The notes below the pieces were generated by a model that had not been told where the DNA came from, searched no databases, and saw nothing but the letters and a program-made list of their open reading frames with translations. Below, one piece after another: positions 9,451 through 19,542 of a DNA stretch of 64,000 nt. The position numbers were made by a program, and so were the translations under genes. Every line of letters begins with the position of its first letter. Position 1 is the stretch's first letter. Where the stretch lies: positions 763 through 64,762 of the forward strand of contig UQMA01000003.1 of assembly GCA_900542055.1 (NCBI GenBank). The letters are read 5' to 3'. Source of the stretch: an uncultured Azospirillum sp. GTDB taxonomy: Bacteria > Pseudomonadota > Alphaproteobacteria > RF32 > CAG-239.

Positions 9451-9535
9451 AAAGGAAATAATTAATGATTAATAATCGTTTTGTAGCGATATTATTAATC
9501 ATTTTTATTTTTATGTCAAGCTTTTTGTCAAAAAA

Positions 9536-9949
9536 TTACAAAAACATATATTCAATCGGCTGTAATATTGTATCAAACGAGGCAACAGCTGCGTCTTTTG
9601 CTTTATCACGCAATTGATATTGCTGGATTTGACAATCATAAATCAAATAGTCAAAATCCGTTTCGCCCAAAACGCAGACCGTTTCATAATCATCACGGTC
9701 AAGAGCCTCATTCATTCGGATAACATCTCTAAAATTACGATTATCTCCCAAAGGCATAACCGCATAAATTTCAGCTTTATCGCTTTTCAAACCATTGGCA
9801 TATTTTACCATCGAAAAATATTCATCCGGCAAAACAGCCATTCCTTCAGCCTGCAAATATTTTCTGGCATCAATGTTATGATATACATTAACGCGCCCTC
9901 CGGTCACAACTTCACCGGATTTTTGCAGCTTTTCGATTAAATCTTTCAC
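9536..9949 (-). CDS. SUKH (SMI1/KNR4)-like immunity protein, cognate candidate
   Basis: 137 aa. VLPDEYFSMVKYANGL and CVLGETDFDYLIYD motifs. Its start overlaps the stop of the upstream toxin-like ORF by 4 nt (translational coupling). Confidence 0.5.
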   Translation of the reverse strand: MKDLIEKLQKSGEVVTGGRVNVYHNIDARKYLQAEGMAVLPDEYFSMVKYANGLKSDKAEIYAVMPLGDNRNFRDVIRMNEALDRDDYETVCVLGETDFDYLIYDCQIQQYQLRDKAKDAAVASFDTILQPIEYMFL

Positions 9950-11349
9950 TGGTAACCTCCGCGGGCAATATCTGTGTACGTTAAGCGGTTTGAATAATCT
10001 TCGCGGCGCTGAGCAGTAAAACTGACTGTGCCGGCTTGCAAATAAACCGTTTTATCTTTTGTATCTTTTAAATTCGTCAAACGATAAACATTACCTTTGG
10101 TGTCGTGTGTATCTGCGGCATGCTCGAATTCTTTATGGTTTTTCTCATCAGGAAAATCGACAACAGCCGTAAAGTTTTCAGAATCATCAATTTTAATGGC
10201 ATTTTTACCTAGTGCTGCAGCATCTTGAACATAAACTTTGTGATGGACTGAAAGTTTAGGAATAACACCGTCATATTTATTAACATCGAGAGTAACCGTT
10301 CCTTTGGTTTTAATTTGTGTCAGCAAATCTTTTATATATTCAGAGCTGACGCCTCTTGTTTCCAACAGAGATTTCAGACTGTCCATCTTCTTTTTATCTT
10401 TGCCGAACTCGCGCCAAAATTTTATACGCGCGCCCTCATCGCATTTATTATTTAAGCTCTTAAAAGAAACTTTCTGTAACTCTGACGGCGTTTTGCCATT
10501 ATTTTTTTCTTTATAAAGAATGTGTCCCACATCTGAAATAGTGAGATTTTCCACCACTTCCTGCGGAATCCGCTGATGCTTGACAGCTTGCTGCAAATCA
10601 GGAATAAGCTGTGACATATTTTGACTCAAAGACATAGCCTGCACTGCCGGATTTTTCGACCAATCATAATCAGCCGGTAATTTTCCGCTGCCGATAACAT
10701 CTGTCAGCGCTTGATTATGCGGATCGGCAAATTTTACATACTCGCGCGAATATCCTTCGCCGTTGTTGGTAGACAACAAGTTAGGCATAGTAAATTCGCC
10801 TTCAAAAGCCCCGCGGACCACCAACTGGACATTATTATCCGTTTTCACTTCAGGAATTTTTTCAATTTTGCGGTCGTATGGCTGCAAAATTTTGTTATAT
10901 ACATCTCTTTTTTCTTCAGTAGGGTTCTTTTTGAAATCGTCAAGAATAACATCAAGAACACGGCGTTTCATTTTTTGGCAGGCTTTTTTCAAAGCGCCGG
11001 AACCATTTCGGCTGTCAAATTCTTTAATATTCATGCCTAATTTTTTATTTAGAAGATAACTGTAGCCTCTGGTTTCTTTAAAAAGTTTTTGACATAACTC
11101 ATAGCTGCTTTGATCATCTTCATGATATGATAAAAGTTTATCCAGTATTTTAATATTTAAAATATCTGCGGACGAAAAAACATCAGAGCGGGAACTTTGG
11201 TTTTCACCTTCATTGGAACGAACAGGCTCCATACCGCGTATTTCACTGCCTCCGGCACGAACGGCAGTCGCGCTTATCCTTATTCTCTGGCGTTTTCTTT
11301 TAGGAGCTTCTCCATCAGATTTTTCATTGTTATAAACATTTCCGGTCAT
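9946..11349 (-). CDS. candidate polymorphic-toxin-like protein with a C-terminal HNH/EndoVII-type nuclease motif
   Basis: Track ORF 9946-11412, start moved to the ATG at 11349 (GAGAGGTG upstream). The C-terminal ~90 aa contain SVHHKV-x(7)-GKN-x(8)-EN-x(11)-NHKEFEH, resembling the HH...N...HxxxH arrangement of colicin-DNase/AHH/SHH toxins. Followed by two immunity-like genes. No signal peptide or known trafficking domain seen. Confidence 0.45.
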   Translation of the reverse strand: MTGNVYNNEKSDGEAPKRKRQRIRISATAVRAGGSEIRGMEPVRSNEGENQSSRSDVFSSADILNIKILDKLLSYHEDDQSSYELCQKLFKETRGYSYLLNKKLGMNIKEFDSRNGSGALKKACQKMKRRVLDVILDDFKKNPTEEKRDVYNKILQPYDRKIEKIPEVKTDNNVQLVVRGAFEGEFTMPNLLSTNNGEGYSREYVKFADPHNQALTDVIGSGKLPADYDWSKNPAVQAMSLSQNMSQLIPDLQQAVKHQRIPQEVVENLTISDVGHILYKEKNNGKTPSELQKVSFKSLNNKCDEGARIKFWREFGKDKKKMDSLKSLLETRGVSSEYIKDLLTQIKTKGTVTLDVNKYDGVIPKLSVHHKVYVQDAAALGKNAIKIDDSENFTAVVDFPDEKNHKEFEHAADTHDTKGNVYRLTNLKDTKDKTVYLQAGTVSFTAQRREDYSNRLTYTDIARGGYQ

Positions 11350-11489
11350 GTCAATCACACCTCTCATATTTTTGTCTAAAATTAGACTAACACAGTTTAT
11401 ATGATAATACAATTACAAAAATTAAAATTTTCTTGATTATAATATCGGAACAATACATAATTCGCCTAAAATAAACAGAAGGATAAATA

Positions 11490-12560
11490 ATGAGAGTATT
11501 AGTCGGATTAAGCGGCGGCGTTGATTCTGCCGCAACAGCATGGCTTATGAAACAAGCCGGACACGAAGTTATCGGCGCAACCATGTCTATTTGGGATAAA
11601 AACACCAATTTTCATGGCAACAGCAGCGCCGATTCCTGTTTTTCGCCGCACGAAGAACAAGATATTGAAGCCGCGCGCGCCATTTGCAAAAAACTTGACA
11701 TACCTTACCATGTTTTTGACTGCTCTGAAGAATATAAAAAAATTGTCCTTCACAACTTCAAAACCGAATATATGAGCGGACGCACGCCCAATCCTTGTGT
11801 TTGGTGCAATGCCACCATCAAATTCGATGCTCTGCCCCGCACTGCCGCTGCTCAAGGTCTTGTTTTTGACAAATTTGCAACCGGACACTACGCCCGTTTG
11901 GAGTTTGATGAAAATTCCGGACGTTATCGCATAAGACGCGGCATTGATCCCAAAAAAGATCAGTCTTATTTTTTATACCGCCTGAAACAAGAGCAATTGG
12001 CGCGCATTTTGCTGCCGCTCGGAGGATATGCAAAAAATGAAGTTCGCAATTTTGCCCGTATGGCAGGACTTGACGTTGCCGACAAGCCGGACAGTCAGGA
12101 CTTTTATTCCGGTGACATTAACGATATTTTGCAAAACGAACCGCAAGTTGGAAATTTTGTAGATAAAAACGGAAAAATTTTAGGTCAGCATCAGGGATTT
12201 TGGCATTATACGGTCGGACAGCGCCGCGGTATGGGAATTTCGGCAGAAAAACCATTGTATGTGGTTAGTATCAATCAGGAAAAAAACGAAGTGATTTTAG
12301 GTTTTGCCGATGATACCGTACAAAGCGAACTAACTTGCGCCAATCTGTCATGGCTTTCAATTTCCGGTATTACAGAACCTAGGCACGTGCTCGCCCGAAT
12401 TCGCTCCAGCCAAAATCCGACACCGGCTTTGATAACTCCGCTTGAAAACAATGAATTAAAAGTGGAATTTGAAAATATGCAAAAAGCCGTCGCCCCCGGA
12501 CAGTCTGTTGTGTTCTATGACAACGATATTGTTTTAGGCGGCGGAATTATAAAAAAATAA
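11490..12560 (+). CDS. mnmA: tRNA-specific 2-thiouridylase MnmA
   Basis: 356 aa. PP-loop VGLSGGVDSA at the N-terminus, NPCVWCN catalytic cysteine region and the characteristic SQDFY motif. Confidence 0.95.
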   Translation: MRVLVGLSGGVDSAATAWLMKQAGHEVIGATMSIWDKNTNFHGNSSADSCFSPHEEQDIEAARAICKKLDIPYHVFDCSEEYKKIVLHNFKTEYMSGRTPNPCVWCNATIKFDALPRTAAAQGLVFDKFATGHYARLEFDENSGRYRIRRGIDPKKDQSYFLYRLKQEQLARILLPLGGYAKNEVRNFARMAGLDVADKPDSQDFYSGDINDILQNEPQVGNFVDKNGKILGQHQGFWHYTVGQRRGMGISAEKPLYVVSINQEKNEVILGFADDTVQSELTCANLSWLSISGITEPRHVLARIRSSQNPTPALITPLENNELKVEFENMQKAVAPGQSVVFYDNDIVLGGGIIKK

Positions 12561-12561
12561 A

Positions 12562-14043
12562 TCAGCGCATTTTTTCTTTAATTATATCCACTGTTAAAAT
12601 TTGCGGTAAAATAACATAATTGCCTTTTCCTCCATAATAGACATACATAGGCACACTGCTGCGCCCAAAAGCAGCAAGCGCCTCTGTTATGTTTTTATTT
12701 TGCATTGTCCAATCGGCTTTAAACAAATGTATTTTTTTCTCTTTGACAAGCTGAGCAAAACCGTCGCTGTTCAACACGACCTTTTCGTTGGCAAGACAAG
12801 TTAAACACCACTTAGCTGTAAAATCGACAAAAACTTTTTCCCCGCTTTCGACCAGCTGTTCTATTTTTTCACGATTATAGGGCTGCCAGTCAGCTTTGGA
12901 AGAACTTTCTAAACCAAATAAAATCCATAATAGCCACAAAGCCGTCATAAACATAGGCACAGCAAAAAAACGTTTAAGCCATAACATCCATTTTCCGGGG
13001 CGCGGTAAAACACGCTGCATAAATTTCGGAAAAAGCTCAGCCATAAAAAACGGCAAAGCATAACCAACCCCCAAGGCTACAAACACACCGTAAAATTCAT
13101 ATCCCGAAATATCGGAAGTAAGCGACCAGCCGACAGCCGCCCCCATAAAAGGAGCCGCGCAGGGACTTGCTATCAAAACCGCCAAAAGTCCCGTCAAAAA
13201 AGAGCCTGCCGGCATTTTTTTCCAAGCGAAATTAACTTTAAGCACATCCAAAAACATAAAAGCCAAAAGCAAAAAAACTATTGCCATAAATGCCACAAAA
13301 TAAGGGGATTGGAGCTGAAATCCCCATCCCAGAGCCTGCCCTCTCGATTTTAGAAACTGTAAAATTGCCGACATAATGACAAAACATAAAACAACACCGG
13401 AAAAATAAGCCAGCGCATCGGCTCTTCTGCGAAAATTTTCTTTTTGCTGCATCAGACCTATAACTTTTAGGAACAACACGGGAAAAACACAAGGCATCAA
13501 ATTGAGTATCAAACCTCCGGCAAAGGCCATCAATGCTGCTTTCAGCCACATCGGCAACGCAAAATCGTTTTGTTTCTGATTTTTTTCAACCGGAGAAAAA
13601 TTTTTCTTTACAAAAGCTTCCGGTATTAATTCAAAATGCATTTTTTCAGGAACACACTCATTTCCGCAAGCCATCCAGAAAACATCCAAAGCCGGTGTCA
13701 TTCCATGAGATTTTTCTAAAACAGCACGATATAGCCCTTCGGTTTTATACACATTAAGTCCGAACCCCTGATAAAGAATGTCCTCGCCTTCGCTCCATTC
13801 TTCTGAAACCAGCTTATAATTGCCCAAATCCCATTCAGCTTTTGCGGGCAAACCGAATTCCCCAGGTTGATGTGAATGAAAATACCATCCTTTTTTGGGC
13901 TTTATCTTCAATTCTATTGTTATGCTGTCATCAGAATCGTGAGCAAAAAATTCCGCAAAACCATGCTCGGTCTGTTGCCGCACGGCAGAGGCATCGGTTG
14001 CAAACAAACAAAGGCATAAAACAAAAAAGGCTATTTTTTTCAT
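12562..14043 (-). CDS. DsbD-like thiol:disulfide interchange protein (N-terminal domain, CcdA-type membrane core, C-terminal thioredoxin)
   Basis: 493 aa. Signal peptide, multi-TM core with NLMPCVFPVL and ASPCAAP motifs, and a C-terminal thioredoxin fold with WCLTC (CxxC). Confidence 0.85.
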   Translation of the reverse strand: MKKIAFFVLCLCLFATDASAVRQQTEHGFAEFFAHDSDDSITIELKIKPKKGWYFHSHQPGEFGLPAKAEWDLGNYKLVSEEWSEGEDILYQGFGLNVYKTEGLYRAVLEKSHGMTPALDVFWMACGNECVPEKMHFELIPEAFVKKNFSPVEKNQKQNDFALPMWLKAALMAFAGGLILNLMPCVFPVLFLKVIGLMQQKENFRRRADALAYFSGVVLCFVIMSAILQFLKSRGQALGWGFQLQSPYFVAFMAIVFLLLAFMFLDVLKVNFAWKKMPAGSFLTGLLAVLIASPCAAPFMGAAVGWSLTSDISGYEFYGVFVALGVGYALPFFMAELFPKFMQRVLPRPGKWMLWLKRFFAVPMFMTALWLLWILFGLESSSKADWQPYNREKIEQLVESGEKVFVDFTAKWCLTCLANEKVVLNSDGFAQLVKEKKIHLFKADWTMQNKNITEALAAFGRSSVPMYVYYGGKGNYVILPQILTVDIIKEKMR

Positions 14044-14045
14044 AT

Positions 14046-14813
14046 TTATTTTTTTACCATAATAACAAAATTATAATATGCGGCGACGACAACGCTGAAA
14101 GCTTTAATCAAAGATAATATGCCAAAAGCCACAGCCATCGGAGCAAACCAATCGGGCATTAAGCACAATAAAACCATTACAACCAAAGTTTCGGATCCCT
14201 GAGCTATGCCTCCGAGATAAAAAGGAGAATTATCTAAATTAAGTTTCTGTTCCGAATTAAGCTTGTAGGCTACGACCGAGTAAGCCAACATTGAGCAAGC
14301 CGCCGCGGCAAAACTAAACATCAAAAAGCAAGCGGCAACGGCATTGTCTGTATTGCCGAGAGAAAATCCCCACAAAACACCTGCATAAAAAATATAGTCA
14401 AGAGTTGTATCCAAAAAAACACCAAAATTTGTTACTTTGGTGGCACGGGCTATTGCACCATCAATCCCGTCGCAGAATCTGTTCAGCAATATGGCGAACA
14501 AAGCCCAGCCATACATCTCCAATGCCAAAAAATTAACAGCAAAAAAGCCTATAAAAAATCCTGTCCAGCTGACCCAATTCGCTTTTATTCCGATTTTACT
14601 TAATTTTTCACCCCATACATTAAAAAAATTATAAAAGCGCCCGTAAGCCACGCGCCAGATTTTGTTACTGGCTTTCCAAAACGCCCACAGCGCGGCTATT
14701 GTTTTCACGCTCAATGCTTCTTTTGCTTTCTTCCAAAATTCTAAGCATTTCGGCTTAAAATTTTGCCAAAACTTTATAATTTTTTGCTTGAGAATTTGTA
14801 AATATTCTTTCAT
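14046..14813 (-). CDS. CDP-alcohol phosphatidyltransferase family membrane protein
   Basis: 255 aa, polytopic. CDGIDGAIARATKVTNFGVFLDTTLD closely fits the DG-x2-AR-x7/8-G-x3-D-x3-D signature. Confidence 0.75.
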   Translation of the reverse strand: MKEYLQILKQKIIKFWQNFKPKCLEFWKKAKEALSVKTIAALWAFWKASNKIWRVAYGRFYNFFNVWGEKLSKIGIKANWVSWTGFFIGFFAVNFLALEMYGWALFAILLNRFCDGIDGAIARATKVTNFGVFLDTTLDYIFYAGVLWGFSLGNTDNAVAACFLMFSFAAAACSMLAYSVVAYKLNSEQKLNLDNSPFYLGGIAQGSETLVVMVLLCLMPDWFAPMAVAFGILSLIKAFSVVVAAYYNFVIMVKK

Positions 14814-14901
14814 AATGTGTTGCCTTTCAATAAATGACTGCTATTAATATATATAGTTTCTAAAAATAAAATAATTACTAATTTTTAACGGTGCAATTAT
14901 A

Positions 14902-15921
14902 ATGCGTATATTAAAATATTTTTCCATATTTTTGTTTTTGGCTGCAATTGTTTGGTATTTGTCAGGATACAAAAAAAGCTATCAACTCTTAACCGGCGAA
15001 ACTTTTGGAACTTATTATACCATAAAAGTTCGTTCAACAAAAGAAAACAATCTGCTGCAAAAAATAGTTAAACAGAAATTTTCCGACATCAACTCGGAAA
15101 TGTCAGTTTTTGATATGAACTCTGAAATATCGGAAATCAACCGTATCCCAGCCGGACAATGGATAGCTTTATCAGCCGATATGAGCGCATTATTAAAAAA
15201 TGCGTATCAAATTTATCAAATGAGCGGCGGCGCTTTTGATCCGACAACAGGACGCCTGATTGATTTATGGGGATTCGGCACAACAGGAAACATTCAAAAA
15301 ATACCTGATGATGCCGAAATTAAAAAAACTTTAGCCACAACCGGATTTGATAAAATTCAATTCAGTGCTGATTTTTCCCGTTTACGCAAAAAATACGCCG
15401 AAACAACCTTGAATTTATCAGCAATTGCAAAAGGTTATGCCGTTGACAGAACCGCTTCTTTATTGAAAGCGGAAAGATATAAAAATTTCATTGTTGAAAT
15501 TGGAGGCGAAGTATATGCTTTCGGCACCAGAAATGAAAACGCAAAAGGTTGGAATATTGGTATTGCCGATCCATCTGGCGAAGATGGGGCAAATCTAGCC
15601 GTAGTCACCTTAAAAAATTATGCGGTAGCCACTTCCGGCGATTACAATAATTTCTTTTACATCAACGACAAGAAATATTCGCATACCATAAATCCCAAAA
15701 CTGGCTATCCAGTTGAAAACAATTTGATTTCGGTTACGGTTTTCAATAAAAGCTGCATGACTGCCGACGGATTGGCAACAGCAATTATGTCTATGGGAGA
15801 AAGCAAAGCCGCCAACTTTATCAGCAGTAACAAACTGGCTGTTATTATGTTTGTTAAAGATGAAAACGGAAGCATTTCACCGATAATTTCAGACGCAGCG
15901 CAAAAATTTTTAAAACAATGA
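14902..15921 (+). CDS. apbE: FAD:protein FMN transferase ApbE
   Basis: 339 aa. N-terminal anchor or signal sequence, ApbE-like AIAKGYAVD motif. Immediately upstream of the Rnf genes, whose RnfD/G subunits need flavinylation. Confidence 0.85.
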   Translation: MRILKYFSIFLFLAAIVWYLSGYKKSYQLLTGETFGTYYTIKVRSTKENNLLQKIVKQKFSDINSEMSVFDMNSEISEINRIPAGQWIALSADMSALLKNAYQIYQMSGGAFDPTTGRLIDLWGFGTTGNIQKIPDDAEIKKTLATTGFDKIQFSADFSRLRKKYAETTLNLSAIAKGYAVDRTASLLKAERYKNFIVEIGGEVYAFGTRNENAKGWNIGIADPSGEDGANLAVVTLKNYAVATSGDYNNFFYINDKKYSHTINPKTGYPVENNLISVTVFNKSCMTADGLATAIMSMGESKAANFISSNKLAVIMFVKDENGSISPIISDAAQKFLKQ

Positions 15922-16346
15922 CAGAAATAGCGCATCCGGCAACGGTTATCGCCGTTGAAACAACAAAAATAACTCTGCAGCTGACCTCTGAAAACCATTG
16001 TCATAACTGTGCTTTGCAAAACGTCTGCAGTTCGGGCGAAACATCTGAACGCACAATAACATTAAACGATAAAAAAGCAGCAAAAAATTTTTATATCGGA
16101 CAGAATGTTGAAGTTATACTAAGTTCAAAACAAATAACCCAAGCCGCCGTTTACGGATATATACTTCCTTTGCTGCTGGTTTTGTTTTTTTTATTTGTAC
16201 CGTATTTTTTGACACACAACGAAACTCTTGCGGCGCTTTTGTCTTTAGCAGTTATTCCGGTTTATTATTCCCTGCTCTGGCTGTTTCGTAAAAAAATAAA
16301 AAAAACATTGCAAATAAGCATAAGACAAACAAAAAAAACTCTTTAA
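15918..16346 (+). CDS. RseC/MucC family (SoxR-reducing system) protein
   Basis: 142 aa. N-terminal Cys cluster (CHNCALQNVC) followed by two TM helices. 4-nt overlap with apbE, and precedes rnfB. Confidence 0.7.
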   Translation: MTEIAHPATVIAVETTKITLQLTSENHCHNCALQNVCSSGETSERTITLNDKKAAKNFYIGQNVEVILSSKQITQAAVYGYILPLLLVLFFLFVPYFLTHNETLAALLSLAVIPVYYSLLWLFRKKIKKTLQISIRQTKKTL

Positions 16347-16399
16347 ATAGCAATAAAATATGTTACTTTAACTTTATCATTTTTATTTAATCGGGAAAA

Positions 16400-17233
16400 A
16401 TGCCGGATATGATATTTTATAATATTTTTATTTTGTCAGCTCTGGCAACAGTGGCTGCAATCGTTTTATATTTTACTGCCAAAAAATTTCAGGTTGAAGA
16501 AAACCCTTTGGTTGAAGAAATAGCTTTACTGCTTCCGCAAGCCAATTGCGGAGCCTGCGGAAGCGCCGGCTGCCACGCTTTTGCGCAACGATGCGCCGCA
16601 GCTTCTTCACAAGAAGAATTCCGCAAACTCTACTGTCCGGTCGGAGGGCAAAAAGTTATGGCTGCAATTGCCGCAAAAAAAGGCTATACCGTTGCCGAAC
16701 ATGAACCCAGCGCGGCTGTTTTGCTTTGTAACGGCAGTTGCGAAAAAGCTCCGGACAAAGTGCAATATATCGGTTTACACAGTTGCAGTTTGGCTTCGCG
16801 CGCTTTTGTCGGAAATACAGGCTGTCCTAACGGTTGTCTGAGGCTCGGCGATTGTGTTAGAAATTGCCCATTCGGCGCAATAGAAATAAACACGCAAACC
16901 GGACTTCCTTTTGTAAACCCTGATAAATGCACATCTTGCGGAACCTGCGTGCGTGTATGTCCGCGCGGATTATTTGAAATCAGACCATTGGGGAAAAATG
17001 GTGTAAGAGTTTATGTGGCTTGCAAAAACACGCAAAAAGGTGCCGTTGCGCGTAAAAACTGTCAAGCTGCTTGTATCGGCTGTATGAAATGCGCAAAAAT
17101 TTGCCCTGATATAAAAGTTGAAAACAATCTGTCGTATATCCCGATTAACGTATCCGCCGAACGTTACGGAGCCGAACTATCTGCGGCTTGTCCGACCGGA
17201 GCCATTGTTTACACAGGAGATAAGCATGAGTAA
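16400..17233 (+). CDS. rnfB: Rnf complex subunit B (polyferredoxin)
   Basis: 277 aa. N-terminal TM helix, ANCGACGSAGC cluster, several CxxCxxCxxxCP ferredoxin motifs. Confidence 0.9.
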   Translation: MPDMIFYNIFILSALATVAAIVLYFTAKKFQVEENPLVEEIALLLPQANCGACGSAGCHAFAQRCAAASSQEEFRKLYCPVGGQKVMAAIAAKKGYTVAEHEPSAAVLLCNGSCEKAPDKVQYIGLHSCSLASRAFVGNTGCPNGCLRLGDCVRNCPFGAIEINTQTGLPFVNPDKCTSCGTCVRVCPRGLFEIRPLGKNGVRVYVACKNTQKGAVARKNCQAACIGCMKCAKICPDIKVENNLSYIPINVSAERYGAELSAACPTGAIVYTGDKHE

Positions 17234-18545
17234 AATAAAAACTTTTTTTATGGGCGGCATCCATCCTGAAAAGCACAAAATTTCTTCGGAAAAAGCCATT
17301 ATAAATGCAGATATTCCAGAAATCGCTGTTATACCGGTTAAACAGCACATCGGAGCACCCGCAAAAATTTTGGTAAAAAAAGGCGATAAAGTAAAAGTCG
17401 GCACCCTTCTTGCTGACGCTGACGGAATTGTTTCGGCAGATGTTCATTCTTCTGTTTCGGGTGAAGTGCTTAAAATCGAAAATTCAGAAACTAATATCGG
17501 CTTTTCAGAGCAAATGATCACAATAAAAACCGAAGGGGATGTGTGGGAAGACGAAATTGACCGAACACCTGAAGTTATCCGCGAAATTTCAGCTTCGTCC
17601 GAAGAAATCATAAATATTATCCGCGGCGCCGGTATTGTCGGCATGGGAGGCGCTGGATATCCGACACCGATAAAAATCACCGTTCCCGAAAATAAAAAAG
17701 TGGATTGTCTTATTTTGAACGGCATTGAATGCGAACCATATTTGACGGCTGATGACCGCTTAATGCAGGAATGCGCCGAACAAATCGTCATCGGAGCTAA
17801 GATTCTCAATAAAGCGCTTGGTATACAAAAAGCCATAATTGCCATTGATGAAAACAAACCTGCCGCCATAGACGCATTGCGCAAAATCACCCGAGGATAT
17901 GTTGGTGTTAATGTTGAAGTATGCGCTACAAAATATCCTCAGGGAGCCGAAAAACAACTTATTGCAGCCATAACCGGACGCAAGGTTCCTCCGGGGTGTC
18001 TGCCTGTCGACGTTGGCTGCGTTGTTCAAAATGTAGGAACTGTTTTTGCCGTTTATGAAGCCGTGCAAAAACACAAGCCTTTGTTTGAGCGTATTGTCAC
18101 AATTAGCGGCGATGCTGTAAGCAGTCCGATGAATTTTCGCGTGCGCATAGGAACTTCTGCCTCGCTTTTGGTTGAAAAAGCAGGTATTTCAGAAAACATC
18201 GGCAAAATTATTTTCGGTGGTCCGATGATGGGCACAGCCGCCACTAATTTAAACGCGCCGATAACCAAAACAACCTCTGGCATTTTGCTCTTACGGGAAG
18301 AAAGCGCCGCTATGCCTGAAACAACAGCCTGCATTCGCTGCGCAACTTGCGTTGATGTCTGCCCTCAAGGACTTGAACCTTTTTCTATTTGCAATTTTGT
18401 TTGCAACGGAGAATATCAAGAAGCCAAAAAAATTCACGTTTTAGATTGTATTGAATGCGGGTGTTGCTCCTATTCTTGTCCGGCGCATATTCCGTTGCTT
18501 GACTATTGCAAGCTCGCAAAATACGAAATCAGAAAGAAAAAATAG
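17226..18545 (+). CDS. rnfC: Rnf complex subunit C
   Basis: Start moved from the track start 17118 to the ATG at 17226 (GGAGA upstream, MSKIKTFFMGGIHP). GMGGAGYPT nucleotide-binding motif. Two 4Fe-4S motifs, CIRCATCVDVCP and CIECGCCSYSCP. Confidence 0.9.
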   Translation: MSKIKTFFMGGIHPEKHKISSEKAIINADIPEIAVIPVKQHIGAPAKILVKKGDKVKVGTLLADADGIVSADVHSSVSGEVLKIENSETNIGFSEQMITIKTEGDVWEDEIDRTPEVIREISASSEEIINIIRGAGIVGMGGAGYPTPIKITVPENKKVDCLILNGIECEPYLTADDRLMQECAEQIVIGAKILNKALGIQKAIIAIDENKPAAIDALRKITRGYVGVNVEVCATKYPQGAEKQLIAAITGRKVPPGCLPVDVGCVVQNVGTVFAVYEAVQKHKPLFERIVTISGDAVSSPMNFRVRIGTSASLLVEKAGISENIGKIIFGGPMMGTAATNLNAPITKTTSGILLLREESAAMPETTACIRCATCVDVCPQGLEPFSICNFVCNGEYQEAKKIHVLDCIECGCCSYSCPAHIPLLDYCKLAKYEIRKKK

Positions 18546-18557
18546 GACTTTTAAACT

Positions 18558-19541
18558 ATGCTTAAAATTTCGACTGCTCCCCATATATATTCATCGACAA
18601 GCACTGCTTCAATTATGCGTGATGTAATAATCTCCTTATTGCCTGCCGGAATTGCCGCTGTTATCTTCTTTGGACTTAACGCGCTTATAACCATTATTAC
18701 GGCAGTGGCCGGATGCACGGCATTAGAGTGGATATGCCACCGCTATTTACTAAAAAAACAACCTACAACCAACGACTTATCGGCCATTGTTACAGGATTG
18801 TTGTTAGCATACAACCTTCCTTGCAATATACCTGTTTGGATGACTCTTATCGGCTGTTTTGTGGCAATCGTCATTACTAAAATTGCTTTTGGCGGTATCG
18901 GTAAAAATTTATTTAATCCCGCTTTGGTCGGACGTGTATTCCTTTTTGTTTCTTTTCCGGTGCAAATGACTTCTTGGATCAAACCGCAGCTGTTTGATTT
19001 TATGAACGCCGACGCAACAACCTCAGCAACAACATTAAGTATTTTGAAACACGCCGATGCGACGACTTCGGCCACTCAATTAAACGGACAGTTACCAAAC
19101 TATTGGGATATGTTTATCGGAAACATTGGCGGTTCTTTGGGTGAAGTTTCAAGTTTTGCTTTGCTATTAGGGTTGTTTTACCTGCTGTGGCGGCGAGTGA
19201 TTTCATGGCATATTCCAGTCTATTTTGTCGGCAGTTTCTTATTGCTAAACACAATAGATTGGTTTTTCTATGATAATCTGCAAAGCGAACCTCTTACTCA
19301 GCTTCTGTCGGGCGGATTATTACTTGGAGCCTTTTTTATGGCCACAGACTATACAACATCGCCGATGTGCAAAAGCGGAAAAATAATTTTTGCAATCGGC
19401 TGCGGCGCACTCACATTTGTTATCCGACGTTTCGGCGCATATCCCGAAGGTGTTTCTTTTGCCATTTTAATCATGAACGCTTTTGTGCCTTTGATAGATA
19501 AAACTTTTAAACCGCGCATTTTCGGTACTGGGAGAAAATAA
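18558..19541 (+). CDS. rnfD: Rnf complex subunit D
   Basis: 327 aa polytopic membrane protein with NqrB/RnfD-like sequence (FNPALVGR, ATDYTTSP). In its conserved position after rnfC. Confidence 0.9.
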   Translation: MLKISTAPHIYSSTSTASIMRDVIISLLPAGIAAVIFFGLNALITIITAVAGCTALEWICHRYLLKKQPTTNDLSAIVTGLLLAYNLPCNIPVWMTLIGCFVAIVITKIAFGGIGKNLFNPALVGRVFLFVSFPVQMTSWIKPQLFDFMNADATTSATTLSILKHADATTSATQLNGQLPNYWDMFIGNIGGSLGEVSSFALLLGLFYLLWRRVISWHIPVYFVGSFLLLNTIDWFFYDNLQSEPLTQLLSGGLLLGAFFMATDYTTSPMCKSGKIIFAIGCGALTFVIRRFGAYPEGVSFAILIMNAFVPLIDKTFKPRIFGTGRK

Positions 19542-19542
19542 T

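Noticed and set aside
17118-17225. Long N-terminal extension of rnfC in the ORF track
   Set aside because: It overlaps the last 116 nt of rnfB in another frame. The ATG at 17226 has a GGAGA RBS and gives the conserved RnfC start.
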